The notes below the pieces were generated by a model, which was not told the DNA's origin, searched no databases, and saw only the letters and a list, made by a program, of their open reading frames with translations. A DNA stretch of 64,000 nt from Candidatus Dormiibacterota bacterium (lineage in GTDB: Bacteria > Chloroflexota > Dormibacteria > Aeolococcales > Aeolococcaceae), in the NCBI GenBank assembly GCA_963713485.1, contig CAVQLW010000005.1, positions 129,887-193,886 on the forward strand. The letters are read 5' to 3'. A program made the translations under genes and the position numbers. Of this stretch, positions 37,785 through 46,958 are shown in pieces (position 1 is the first letter of the stretch; each line of letters opens with the position of its first letter).

Positions 37785-38860
37785 GTCGCCGGCGACGGGT
37801 GCGCCGCGCGGATCCCCGTGCGCACGTGCTCGATCACGGCATCGGTGAAGGCGGACGTCGACGCGCTGCCACCGAGATCCGACGTCCGGATGCCGGCGCG
37901 GAGGACCTCGAACACCGCGTCGCGGATGACCGTCGAGGCGGTGACGCAGCGTGGGTCGGACGCGAACCCGAGCACGGCGGAGGCCGCGAGGATCATCGCC
38001 ATCGGGTTCGCGACGTTCTTCCCCTCGAGCCCGGGAGCCGTGCCATGAGGCGCCTCCGCCATGACCACACTGGGGACGAGCGGGTCGTCGTCGAATCCGA
38101 GGAGCAGCGATTCCGCCCCCGCGATGCTTCCGAAGAGCGGGAGGACCAGGTCGCTGAGGCAGTCACCGTCACGGTTGAGCGCCGGGATCACGAGGGCGTC
38201 GCCGGCCCGGCTGAAGAGCAGGGCGTAGGTCGCGTCGATGAGCTGCGGCTCGTAGTCGACGCCGGGATGGCGTCCCGCCGCCGCGTCGAGCTCCTCCTTG
38301 AACATCCCCTCGTAGGTCCTCGAGACGGTGAACTTGGGGCCCCCGAAGACCCGGGCGTGCGTGCGCTCCGCGTGCCGGAACGCGAACTCCGCGACGGCGC
38401 GGCACGTCGCGCGCGAGATCTGCTCGGTGCGGTACGCGATCTCGTCGTCCCCCCGCTCCTCCCGCCACTCCTTGGCGTTGTAGGCATCGTCGACGGCCAT
38501 GCGAACGATGCTGATCGGGGCGCTGACCCCGGCGATCCCAGCAACGCCCGGAAGGCGCTGCCCGGTTCGCAGGATGACCCGGCCCCCCACCCGTTCGCGG
38601 AGCAGGGCGTTGGGACTGCCGACCGCGTCGCGGTCCTCGGGCGTGACCGTCGCCGCCTTGAGGCCGAACCCCGCGGCGCGCATGGCATCCGCCGCCTCAA
38701 GGACGACCTCGTTCGCCGTGGCGTGACGGTGCGCGAGGGACAGGTCGAACGTCTGGAGGTCCAGATCGACGCCGATCACGCCGGGGGCGATGACGCGCAG
38801 CGCCTCCTCGAGCAGCTCCTGCCCGGTCTGATCGCCACGGAGGACGACGATGGTGGTCAT
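37781..38860 (-). CDS. isocitrate/isopropylmalate dehydrogenase-family protein
   Basis: 359 aa. NRDGDCLSDL matches the N-x-x-GD-x-LSD family signature. HGTAPGLEGKNVANPMAMILA. 4-nt overlap with the downstream desulfurase. Confidence 0.75.
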   Translation of the reverse strand: MTTIVVLRGDQTGQELLEEALRVIAPGVIGVDLDLQTFDLSLAHRHATANEVVLEAADAMRAAGFGLKAATVTPEDRDAVGSPNALLRERVGGRVILRTGQRLPGVAGIAGVSAPISIVRMAVDDAYNAKEWREERGDDEIAYRTEQISRATCRAVAEFAFRHAERTHARVFGGPKFTVSRTYEGMFKEELDAAAGRHPGVDYEPQLIDATYALLFSRAGDALVIPALNRDGDCLSDLVLPLFGSIAGAESLLLGFDDDPLVPSVVMAEAPHGTAPGLEGKNVANPMAMILAASAVLGFASDPRCVTASTVIRDAVFEVLRAGIRTSDLGGSASTSAFTDAVIEHVRTGIRAAHPSPAT

Positions 38861-38923
38861 CGCGACAGGGTACGTCGCGAGCCCGGAGCGGGAAGCGACG
38901 GTCGCGATGGCATCATCGCGGGC

Positions 38924-39463
38924 GTGCCGAACTCAGTCACGTCGCGTCAGGACGAGCAGGAGCGCCGCCCGGCGGCCGTCCTGTACGTCTATACCCTCGA
39001 CCTCCTCCTCGTGATCCTCGCGCTGCTGGAGACCCTCGCCCCGTTCGCGGGCGCAGTCCAGAGCAGCACGGGCGCCAAGCCGCTGCCGCTCGCCGCACAG
39101 GTGATCGATGCGGTCGCGGCGGCGTCGTTCGCTGCGACGCTGATCATCCTCGCCGCGTTGCTGACCCGCCGCCATGCCTGGGTTCGCACTGTGCAGATCG
39201 GCACGCTCCTGACACAGGTCGCGTTCGCGGTGATCTCCGAGGTGGTGCTCGCCCTCGTCGGCAACGGCTCCGGGCTGCCGGGGCTCCTGGGGACGCTGAT
39301 CCTGGTGCTGCTCGACGTGCTCGCGATCCTCGTGATGACTGACCGGCGCGTGGCCGGCTGGTACGTCGCGCCGGCGCGAATTCCGGTGTACGTATGGGCA
39401 ACCCTCGGCCTCTGGGTCGCCGGCAGCGGCGTGAACATCGTGCTCGACGCGGTCTTCCACTGA
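38924..39463 (+). CDS. hypothetical membrane protein (four predicted TM helices)
   Basis: Only the last ~180 codons of track ORF 37682..39463 are not antisense to the dehydrogenase gene. Hydrophobic helices include LDLLLVILALLETLAPF and GLLGTLILVLLDVLAILV. GTG 38924 was chosen as start. Confidence 0.5.
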   Translation: MPNSVTSRQDEQERRPAAVLYVYTLDLLLVILALLETLAPFAGAVQSSTGAKPLPLAAQVIDAVAAASFAATLIILAALLTRRHAWVRTVQIGTLLTQVAFAVISEVVLALVGNGSGLPGLLGTLILVLLDVLAILVMTDRRVAGWYVAPARIPVYVWATLGLWVAGSGVNIVLDAVFH

Positions 39464-39495
39464 CACGTCCGCCGCGTGGCGTGCGACGCCCCGGG

Positions 39496-39873
39496 TCAGA
39501 TGTACGTGAGCAGATCCTCGACGATGTCGACCAGCTCGTCGCCGCGCACAGGTTTCATCATCACGGCCGCCGCGCCGAGCTGCTGAGCGCGCTCGCGCGC
39601 CACGATGTCGCCCGGCGCGGTGAGGATGACCACGCCACCGCGCGGGTGCTCCGGCGCGAAGCGGATCGCCTGGAAGAACTCGAGCCCGTCGGTGTCGAGC
39701 GTCGTGTCGAGGATCAGCACGTCGGGCTCGAACACCGGAAGCTCGGCGCGAACCTCGCGCACCGCTCGCGCCCAGCGCACCTCATGACCGATCAGCGTGA
39801 AGCGATTGATCACCTGCTGGGCAATCGCGCTTTCATCCTCTGCGATCAGGATGCGGGCGCGTGCTGGCGGCAT
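39496..39873 (-). CDS. single-domain (CheY-like) response regulator
   Basis: ILIAEDE, DVLILDTTLD (phospho-acceptor Asp), AAAVMMKP (Lys). 125 aa with no output domain. Confidence 0.8.
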   Translation of the reverse strand: MPPARARILIAEDESAIAQQVINRFTLIGHEVRWARAVREVRAELPVFEPDVLILDTTLDTDGLEFFQAIRFAPEHPRGGVVILTAPGDIVARERAQQLGAAAVMMKPVRGDELVDIVEDLLTYI

Positions 39874-39958
39874 CACCGCGCATCCTAGGGCTCGGGTGCC
39901 TGCCCGTGCCACGGCGCTCTCGGGGCCGCTCGTCGCGCGCGTACACTTGCGTTCGGCG

Positions 39959-40594
39959 ATGCCGCTGCCCCCCCACGTCCTGATCGGCACCGAGCGGAAC
40001 CGTCGCAAGCCGTTCGACGGCGGGCGGTTCACGCGCTGGCTTCGCCGCCCCGTTCGCGGGCACATCGAGGTCGTGGAGACGGCTCCGCTTGCGGAGGCTC
40101 CGAAGCCACGGACGTCGCAGGTGGACGCGGAGACCCGTGCATTCTGGGCCGGCAGCGAGACGGCCACCATCACGTCACGACGTGCCGCCGCACTCGTCGA
40201 CGCGCACGAGCGCGGTCACAAGCGGACGGCGTCACGGCCGCCGGGCAACCCGGCGTTCAGCGAGGCGCTGTTCGTCGAGCTGATGCGGGCGAACCAGTTC
40301 CGGCGCGCGTACTCGCTCCTGAGCGAGGACTGCCAGCTGAGCTGGGGCTCTCCCGAGGCGTTCGCCGAGGCGCAGGGCGCGTCGACGATGCGGCGGCTTC
40401 GTGGCGTCAACGTCAAGGAGGTGCGCTACCTCCCCGAGTGGACCGACGCGTCGCGCGGCACCACCTATCAGGACGTCGCCGAGCTGGAGGTGGAGTACGA
40501 GGTCGGTGACCCGGAGCCGGTGGCGGTGATCCGCCGCGTGGTGCACCTGGTCCCCGGCGGCGGCCGCTGGCGATCGATCTGCTACCCGATGTAA
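39959..40594 (+). CDS. hypothetical protein
   Basis: GC3-rich ORF with a basic N-terminus and a compact C-terminal domain. ATG 39959 was chosen to avoid an antisense overlap with the CheY-like gene. Confidence 0.45.
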   Translation: MPLPPHVLIGTERNRRKPFDGGRFTRWLRRPVRGHIEVVETAPLAEAPKPRTSQVDAETRAFWAGSETATITSRRAAALVDAHERGHKRTASRPPGNPAFSEALFVELMRANQFRRAYSLLSEDCQLSWGSPEAFAEAQGASTMRRLRGVNVKEVRYLPEWTDASRGTTYQDVAELEVEYEVGDPEPVAVIRRVVHLVPGGGRWRSICYPM

Positions 40595-40642
40595 CAGGGA
40601 TTTGCGCAGCCTCGCACCCGCAGCCGCGCGTGTGACAATCCG

Positions 40643-41050
40643 TTGGTGCACGCCGCCGCGACACCTTCGCAACCGGGCCCGATGGAGCGGACCTGCCTCG
40701 AGATCGCTCGTGTGGAACGAGAGGCAGCGTTCCGGCGTGAGCGCATCTCGCGGACCAGAATCCGGGTGCGAGAGGCTGACGCGCTCATCGACCTCATCGA
40801 GGAGTGCCGGGTCCGGTCGTTCCGGCTGATCCCCGCGTCCGTCTGGAGCGCGGTGGTGCGGGCGGTCGGCGCCGTCGACCCGGGTCTGCGCGACCGCCTC
40901 GGCATCGACCGCCAGCCCGACCACGTCGCGGACATCCTGTTCGAGGCACAGGAGATTCTCCTGATGCGCGCGGTCGAATCGCGGCGACCGATGCTTGCTC
41001 CGATCATCCCGCTGTTCGGCGAGCGGGACCGGACCGCCGCGGCCGGCTGA
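40643..41050 (+). CDS. hypothetical protein
   Basis: 135-aa ORF with coding-like GC3 bias and no recognisable motif. The start could also be the internal Met (MERTCLEI). Confidence 0.4.
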   Translation: MVHAAATPSQPGPMERTCLEIARVEREAAFRRERISRTRIRVREADALIDLIEECRVRSFRLIPASVWSAVVRAVGAVDPGLRDRLGIDRQPDHVADILFEAQEILLMRAVESRRPMLAPIIPLFGERDRTAAAG

Positions 41051-41063
41051 CGCCTCGCCCGAG

Positions 41064-41921
41064 GTGACCTGGGAGGTCGCCGTCGCCGGCACGGTCCATC
41101 ACGACGACATCACCACGCCGGTGGGCCGGCGCGACGTCCTCGGCGGCTCAGCGGTGTACTTCGCGCTGGCGGCGTCACGCTACGCGACGGTGCACGTCAA
41201 CGGGATCGTCGGCGCGGACACGGAGGCGCAGCACCGCCGCATCCTCGACGGTCCGGGGATCGACCTCAGCGGGCTGGTCGTCAGCCCGCGCCCAACGTTC
41301 ATGTGGCGCGCGGTCCACGACTTCGAGCGGTGGGTCACGTCGCACGAGTTCGCCGAACCCGGCTGCGACCCGGAATGGCGGCCGGCGCTCCCCGGCGCGT
41401 CGCGACGCGCCGAGGTGCTCTTTGTCGGCAGCATGGATCCGCGCCTGCAGCATGAGGTGATCGACCAGTCCGAGGCGCGGCTCATCGGCGTGGATTCGAT
41501 GACGGTCTTCATCGCGAACCGGGGAGCGGAGGTGCGATCCGTCCTCGAGCGCGCCGACGTGCTCTTCCTCAACGTCGCCGAGCTGTCAGCCCTCACAGGG
41601 AGCGATGACTGGCGAGGCTCGGCCGCCGCGTTGTGCGGTCTCGGCCGCTTGCGCGCGGTGGTCGTCAAGCGCGGTCCGCTGGGCGCCGCATGCGTGAGTT
41701 CCGAGCGGGTCGTCGCGCTGCCCGCGGCGCCGGTCCCGAGAGTCGTCGATCCGACCGGCGCGGGAGACGCGCTCGCGGGCGGTTTCCTCGGTACGGCGGC
41801 GCGCGGCGAGCGCGCGGACGATGCGGTGTTCGAGCTCGCACTCGCCGAGGGGATCCGCTGCGCCGCGGATGCGGTCGCCGAGTTCGGGACCGCTGGTCTC
41901 GAAGCGACACGCACCGTATGA
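41064..41921 (+). CDS. PfkB-family carbohydrate/nucleoside kinase
   Basis: DPTGAGDALAGGFLG matches PfkB signature 2. N-terminal GGSAVYFA. GTG 41064 was chosen as start. Confidence 0.75.
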   Translation: MTWEVAVAGTVHHDDITTPVGRRDVLGGSAVYFALAASRYATVHVNGIVGADTEAQHRRILDGPGIDLSGLVVSPRPTFMWRAVHDFERWVTSHEFAEPGCDPEWRPALPGASRRAEVLFVGSMDPRLQHEVIDQSEARLIGVDSMTVFIANRGAEVRSVLERADVLFLNVAELSALTGSDDWRGSAAALCGLGRLRAVVVKRGPLGAACVSSERVVALPAAPVPRVVDPTGAGDALAGGFLGTAARGERADDAVFELALAEGIRCAADAVAEFGTAGLEATRTV

Positions 41922-41931
41922 TCGGCGGCCA

Positions 41932-42984
41932 ATGGCAACGCACGCATCGGGCGGTCGTGACCTCGGGACTCCGATCGACCGCAACCTCGCGCTCGAGCTC
42001 GTGCGAGTCACCGAGGGCGCCGCAATGGCGGCAGCGCGTCACATGGGCCGCAACCAGAAGGAGGCCGCGGACGCGGCGGCGGTCGACTCCATGCGCCGCA
42101 GCCTCGGATTCGTCGACATGGACGGAGTCGTCGTCATCGGCGAGGGCGAGAAGGATGAGGCGCCGATGCTGTACATCGGCGAGCAGGTCGGCAATGGCAA
42201 CCCCCCGGCGGTCGACGTCGCCGTGGATCCGATCGACGGCACGCGGCTCGTCGCGCGCGGGATCCCCGGTGGCATCGCGACCGTTGCGCTCGCGGAGCGT
42301 GGCTCGATGTTCCACACCCACATCGCGTACATGGAGAAGCTGATCGTCGGACCTGCGGCGGCGAAGGTGATCGACATCACCGCGAGCGTGGCCCAGAACC
42401 TGAAGCGGATCGCCCGTGCCGAGGATCGCCGGGTCGAGGACCTCACCGTCGTCGTGCTCGAGCGCGACCGGCACGAACCGCTCCTCGAGGAGATCCGGTC
42501 CGCGGGCGCGAGGGTCAAGCTGATCATGGATGGCGACGTCGCAGCCGGCCTCATGGCCGCGATGGAGCATCGCACCGGCATCGACGTGCTGATGGGCATC
42601 GGGGGCGCGCCGGAGGCGGTCCTCGCGGCGTGCGCGATCAAGTGCATCGGGGGTGGGATGCAGGCGCGCATCTGGCTCCGCGACGGGGAGCGCGCGGTGC
42701 TCGAGCGTGAGGGCAAGAACGAGGGGGACGTCCTCGAGCTGGACGATCTCGTCGCCGGGGACAACGTCTTCTTCGCCGCCACCGGGATCACCAGCGGCGA
42801 GCTGCTCGAGGGGGTGCGCTTCCTCGGCGAGGACCGCTGCCGCACCCAGAGCCTCGTCATGCGCTCGTACTCCGGGACCGCGCGCTACATCGACGCGGAG
42901 CACAACCTCGACAAGCTGCGGAAGCGCCGCGATCCGGTGGAGCTCGCCTCGAAGGGCGAGGTCAGGGGCACCCCGCCCGCCTGA
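41932..42984 (+). CDS. glpX: class II fructose-1,6-bisphosphatase
   Basis: LELVRVTEGAAMAAARHMG, VIGEGEKDEAPML, AVDPIDGT, LMGIGGAPEAVLAA, FAATGIT. Confidence 0.9.
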   Translation: MATHASGGRDLGTPIDRNLALELVRVTEGAAMAAARHMGRNQKEAADAAAVDSMRRSLGFVDMDGVVVIGEGEKDEAPMLYIGEQVGNGNPPAVDVAVDPIDGTRLVARGIPGGIATVALAERGSMFHTHIAYMEKLIVGPAAAKVIDITASVAQNLKRIARAEDRRVEDLTVVVLERDRHEPLLEEIRSAGARVKLIMDGDVAAGLMAAMEHRTGIDVLMGIGGAPEAVLAACAIKCIGGGMQARIWLRDGERAVLEREGKNEGDVLELDDLVAGDNVFFAATGITSGELLEGVRFLGEDRCRTQSLVMRSYSGTARYIDAEHNLDKLRKRRDPVELASKGEVRGTPPA

Positions 42985-43043
42985 GCCGCCGGAACGCTGG
43001 AACGGGCGGTCTGCGTTCCACATGCCAGAATCGGGGCGCGGGT

Positions 43044-44339
43044 ATGAAGGTACGATTTCGTCCGAGCGCGAACCTGGTTCGCTGGTTCACGCCGGGACTC
43101 CACGTCAAGCGCTGGCTGCTGCTCCTGTTCATCGCGATCGTGATGATCAGCCTGGCGGTCGGCTACCTCCTCCGCGACCTCTACAGCGCGCCGTTCCACT
43201 TCCCCTCCTGGGTCGGCGAGCTGACGCTGCAGTTCCTGCCGCGCCTCGTCCGCGCGCTGCTCTTCGCCCTCGTGGGCGTCGGCTTGATCGTCCTCTGCTT
43301 CTACAAGCTCGGCCAGTCGATCCTCGGCCCGTTCCTGCCCGGGCGCGGCAGCACGGATCGCGGGATCGCCGAGCAGCTCTACACGTTCCGGCTGCTCGCC
43401 AAGGGGCCGCGCGTGGTCGCGATCGGCGGCGGCACGGGCCTTTCGGCGCTGCTCCGCGGCGTGAAGAAGTACACGGGCAACATCGTCGCGATCGTGACGG
43501 TGGCTGACGACGGCGGGTCGAGCGGCCGCCTCCGCGAGGAGTACCGGGTCCTGCCGCCGGGCGACATCCGCCAGTGCCTCACCGCACTCGCCGAGACCGA
43601 GCCGCTGATGACCGAGCTGTTCCAGCACCGGTTCGGTGGTGAGGGAGCGCTCTCCGGCCATTCATTCGGCAACCTCTTCATCACGGCGATGGCCGAGATC
43701 ACCGGTGACTTCGAGCACGCCATCCGTGAGTCCGGGCGCGTCCTCGCCGTGCGCGGCCAGATCGTGCCCGCGACCCTCCGCGACGTCGTGCTGTGCGCCA
43801 CCGCAGGCAGCGAGGTTCGGGTGGGCGAGTCCAAGGTCCCCCAGGGGGCCGACCGGATCGATCGGGTGTTCCTCGATCCGCCCGACGCCGAGATCAACCC
43901 GGAGGCCGAGACCGCCATCCTCGCGGCCGAGCTGGTCATCGTGGGACCGGGCTCGCTGTACACCTCGATCCTGCCCAACCTCCTCATCGAGGGCATGGTC
44001 GAGGCGCTGCGCGCAAGCCCGGCGGTGAAGGTGTACGTCTGCAACATCGCCGGGCAACCCGGCGAGACCATGGGATTCTCGGTGAGCGAGCACCTCAGCA
44101 CCATCGAGGACCACGTCGGCGCAAACCTCTTCGACTACGTCATCGTGAACAGCAACGTCGGGCTGCCCCTCCCGCCGTCCGCGGTGGAGGCGGGGGTGAC
44201 CAGGGTCGGCTTCGATCGGGAGCAGGCGACCCGCCAGCCGGTGAACTACATCCTCGCCGACGTGGCGTCCTCACAGATCTCCACCCACCACGATCCCGAG
44301 AAGCTGTCCAAGGTGATCATGAAGCGGATCTGGCACTGA
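43044..44339 (+). CDS. yvcK: YvcK/CofD-family gluconeogenesis/cell-shape factor with N-terminal membrane anchor
   Basis: VVAIGGGTGLSALLRG, VTVADDGGSSGRLR, PPGDIRQCL, GHSFGNLF. The ~110-aa N-terminal extension contains two hydrophobic helices. Confidence 0.85.
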   Translation: MKVRFRPSANLVRWFTPGLHVKRWLLLLFIAIVMISLAVGYLLRDLYSAPFHFPSWVGELTLQFLPRLVRALLFALVGVGLIVLCFYKLGQSILGPFLPGRGSTDRGIAEQLYTFRLLAKGPRVVAIGGGTGLSALLRGVKKYTGNIVAIVTVADDGGSSGRLREEYRVLPPGDIRQCLTALAETEPLMTELFQHRFGGEGALSGHSFGNLFITAMAEITGDFEHAIRESGRVLAVRGQIVPATLRDVVLCATAGSEVRVGESKVPQGADRIDRVFLDPPDAEINPEAETAILAAELVIVGPGSLYTSILPNLLIEGMVEALRASPAVKVYVCNIAGQPGETMGFSVSEHLSTIEDHVGANLFDYVIVNSNVGLPLPPSAVEAGVTRVGFDREQATRQPVNYILADVASSQISTHHDPEKLSKVIMKRIWH

Positions 44340-44354
44340 TCCCGCGGGGGAATC

Positions 44355-45395
44355 TCAGTACAGCAGGTCGTGTCGCACCCGGTACGCCCACTGGTGTGCC
44401 GCGCGTTCGGCGATGGCGTTCCACGCCGCGAATCGCCGCCGCTGCACGGGCAGATCCCACGTGCCGACGAACTCAGTGATCCGGTCGCTGAACCCCGATT
44501 TGAAGCGATACAGGCCATAGAGCCTGTGCCGTGGATCGAGCTCGGCGCGCGGGGGGACGGCGACGAGGTCGTAGCTCTCGACGCCGCGCGCGCGCAGCCA
44601 GCGCATCACCTCCCACTGGAGCACGTGCGGCGCCATCGCGTCGGAGTGCTCCTTCGTCGATCCGCCGTCCTTGTACCAGGCCTTCCGTCCGACGAAGGTG
44701 GCGAACACCCCGGCGAGCACCTCGCCGTCCAGGGAGGCGAAGAACAGCTGCCCCTGCCCTGCCGCCTCGTGCAGCCGCCAGTACCCTGAGAAATACGCCC
44801 TGCTGCGCAAGGTGAATCCGGCGCGATCGCGAGTCGACGCCATGAGCGAGTACATCGTGTCGATGCTCGAGTTGTCGAGCGGGACGGGCGCGACGGTCAC
44901 GCCTCGCCGTGCGGCGAGACGGATGTTGTAGCGGCACTTGGGTTTGAACGACGCGATGAGCGCGTCCTCGTCGGGCCGGAGATCGACGATGATCGTCGCC
45001 CGGCTGATCTGCACGTCGTGGCGTGACTTCTCAAGTCCCAGACGGCGCAGCGCGGCAACCGCCGAGTCGCTCGCCTCGATCTCCGGCTCGACCTTGACCG
45101 CGAACGCGCCGCCGGCGTTGGCGCGCAGGCCGTCGAGCACCGGCCCGAGCTGGTCGACGGTCGCGACGCCGGGCCCCTTGGGAACGTAGCCGAGCGCGCC
45201 GAGCCCGGGCACGAGGTGCCGAAGCATCATGACGGCGACCGGAGGGCCCGTTTCTGAGACCAGGTAGTGCGGAGTCCATCGGTGCGCGCGCTTGAACTCC
45301 CCCCATGCGCGGGTCTGCAGGATCTGGCCGCCGTCGGGGTTGGTCGCGACCAACTCGTCCCAGCCGCCAAGCTCGCTTCGCGTTGCAGGTCTCAC
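44355..45395 (-). CDS. FemAB-family peptidoglycan bridge-formation aminoacyltransferase (paralog 1)
   Basis: ILQTRAWGEFKR, FKPKCRYNIRLAARRG, AWYKDGGS, LYRFKSGF. GTG 45395 was chosen as start; the upstream track sequence covers the repeat region. Confidence 0.8.
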   Translation of the reverse strand: MRPATRSELGGWDELVATNPDGGQILQTRAWGEFKRAHRWTPHYLVSETGPPVAVMMLRHLVPGLGALGYVPKGPGVATVDQLGPVLDGLRANAGGAFAVKVEPEIEASDSAVAALRRLGLEKSRHDVQISRATIIVDLRPDEDALIASFKPKCRYNIRLAARRGVTVAPVPLDNSSIDTMYSLMASTRDRAGFTLRSRAYFSGYWRLHEAAGQGQLFFASLDGEVLAGVFATFVGRKAWYKDGGSTKEHSDAMAPHVLQWEVMRWLRARGVESYDLVAVPPRAELDPRHRLYGLYRFKSGFSDRITEFVGTWDLPVQRRRFAAWNAIAERAAHQWAYRVRHDLLY

Positions 45396-45484
45396 GGTCG
45401 AGTCCGTACGCCCCGCTGGTGGCGCGTCGCCGGTTTCACCGGCGAATCCCAACCGCCAAGCTCGCTTCGCGTCGCCGGTCTCAC
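45357..45484 (-). repeat. triplicated start-module repeat, GTGA(G/A)ACC(G/T)GC(G/A)ACGCG(A/C), at a period of about 44-45 nt
   Basis: Copies begin at 45484, 45439 and 45395 on the - strand. The outer copies extend to 39 nt (45446-45484 and 45357-45395) with four mismatches. Confidence 0.7.
45392..45484 (-). CDS. 30-codon bridging ORF between the FemAB paralogs (hypothetical)
   Basis: GTG 45484 overlaps the paralog-2 stop (GTGA) and TGA 45394-45392 overlaps the paralog-1 start (GTGA). Its first 13 codons encode VRPATRSELGGWD, identical to the paralog-1 N-terminus. Confidence 0.3.
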   Translation of the reverse strand: MRPATRSELGGWDSPVKPATRHQRGVRTRP

Positions 45485-46482
45485 CGGCGCAACCGCACCA
45501 TCGCGCGGTAGAGCTTGTGGCGCACGGATCGCGCTCCGAGGTCCCATGTGCCGGCGCGCTCGACGGCCTCCCCACCGAAGCTGCGTTTGAACTGCGAGAA
45601 CCCGTCCCACGCGTGACCGCCCGCCCCGCCGGGGGTGATCCCCCAGAAGTCGAAGCGCCGCGCGCCGGCCTCACGTGCGTCGAGGATCATCCGCCACACC
45701 AACGGGGCGGCCGCCTGAAGCCTGCGCCCGCGGTCCGGGTCCGAAACCGCGTGCGCGTAGTACCGGGTTGCTGCGAAATCGAAGCAGAGCGCCGCGGCGA
45801 CCGCGGACCCCTCGGCCTCCGCGATATAGAGCGTCGCTGCGCGCTCGGGCATCAGCGTCGTCGCTTCCGCGCGGTGGTAGGCGGCGGACTGGCCGTGGAA
45901 CCTTCCGGCGGCGCCGGCACGTTCCTGGAGGCGCAGGAACACCTCGATGTCGTCGGGAGCATTCGTGGTTCGGATGGTGAGGCCGCGCCTGCCTGCGGCA
46001 TTGATGGCTCCACGATGGCCCGCGCTCAAGCCCTTGCGGAGCGTTGCCTCGTCCGGCGTGATATCGAGCACCCAGGTCCACAACGGCTGGATGGACCTGC
46101 TCGGAAGCGCCCCCGCCGCCTCGAGGGCGGCTTGTGCCACATCACCGCCGGGTTCAACGCGCGCGAAATCGAGCGAACGCTCGCGCGCGGCGATCACCGC
46201 GCTGCTGAGCGCGTCGGTCATCGCGGACACCGAAAGTGCGGTGGGGCCGTGCGGCAGGTACACGTATCGAGGAAAACGCCCTGCTCGAATCGCGCCGGCC
46301 CACAGCCACTCCCCATCACGCGCCCAGATGACGTCATGACCGAGAGCGCTCTGGACACGTTGCCAGAGCGTGCTCTGCAGGAAGTGGCCGCCCATGCGCT
46401 GCAACGCGGAATCCCACTCCGCACCTGCGACTCCGGCGTTCGCGGCGGACACGCGTTGCGACGCTAGCACAGCGACAGACAC
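45481..46482 (-). CDS. FemAB-family peptidoglycan bridge-formation aminoacyltransferase (paralog 2)
   Basis: FLQSTLWQRVQ, LSAGHRGAINAAGRRG, RYYAHAVSD, FSQFKRSFGG. The start is ambiguous among GTG 46482, 46470 and 46452. Confidence 0.75.
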   Translation of the reverse strand: MSVAVLASQRVSAANAGVAGAEWDSALQRMGGHFLQSTLWQRVQSALGHDVIWARDGEWLWAGAIRAGRFPRYVYLPHGPTALSVSAMTDALSSAVIAARERSLDFARVEPGGDVAQAALEAAGALPSRSIQPLWTWVLDITPDEATLRKGLSAGHRGAINAAGRRGLTIRTTNAPDDIEVFLRLQERAGAAGRFHGQSAAYHRAEATTLMPERAATLYIAEAEGSAVAAALCFDFAATRYYAHAVSDPDRGRRLQAAAPLVWRMILDAREAGARRFDFWGITPGGAGGHAWDGFSQFKRSFGGEAVERAGTWDLGARSVRHKLYRAMVRLRR

Positions 46483-46556
46483 GCTCGAAGTTGAGAAACC
46501 GCTTCGGTTTTCCCTACAATCGCGCGCACTTCCCGTCAGAGTCCTGGAGAGAACGC

Positions 46557-46871
46557 ATGGCCACAGTCGTGACACGCGATGTGCTCGCGAAGCAGCTCGC
46601 AGATCGTGCAGAAATCACCGTCACCGCCGCACGCGACGAGGTGCGCTGGTTCTTCGACACGATCGCGCAGTCGTTGGAGAAAGGCGACGAAGTTCGCATC
46701 CACGGCTTCGGCAACTTCAAGACGGCACAGCGCGCCGCTCGCCTCGGTCGCAACCCGCGCACCGGCGAGGCTGTCAAGGTTCCCGCCCGCCGCGTCGTCC
46801 GCTTCTCGGCGAGCACCTCGCTCTCGAGTGCCGTCAAGGGAGCACGGGGGCCGCGCCGGGCCAAGGCCTGA
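46557..46871 (+). CDS. hup: HU/IHF-family DNA-binding protein with short basic tail
   Basis: LADRAEITVTAARDEV...IHGFGNFKTAQRAARLGRNPRTGEAVKVPA. GGAGAG lies 5 nt upstream of ATG 46557. Confidence 0.85.
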   Translation: MATVVTRDVLAKQLADRAEITVTAARDEVRWFFDTIAQSLEKGDEVRIHGFGNFKTAQRAARLGRNPRTGEAVKVPARRVVRFSASTSLSSAVKGARGPRRAKA

Positions 46872-46958
46872 GCACACGGCGAACGTGATGTGACGCCGCC
46901 GCGAGCGCGGCGTCGCCGAGGGTAAGCACGCTCGCATGCTACGGGCAGACGTGCGAAC

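Noticed and set aside
37682-38923. Upstream part of the 593-aa + strand ORF 37682..39463.
   Set aside because: It is antisense to the isocitrate/isopropylmalate dehydrogenase-family gene. Only the last ~180 codons, which are hydrophobic, lie in otherwise non-coding space.
46892-46914. 8-bp GC hairpin after hup.
   Set aside because: This is an ordinary terminator-like structure without a T-tract and is not distinctive.
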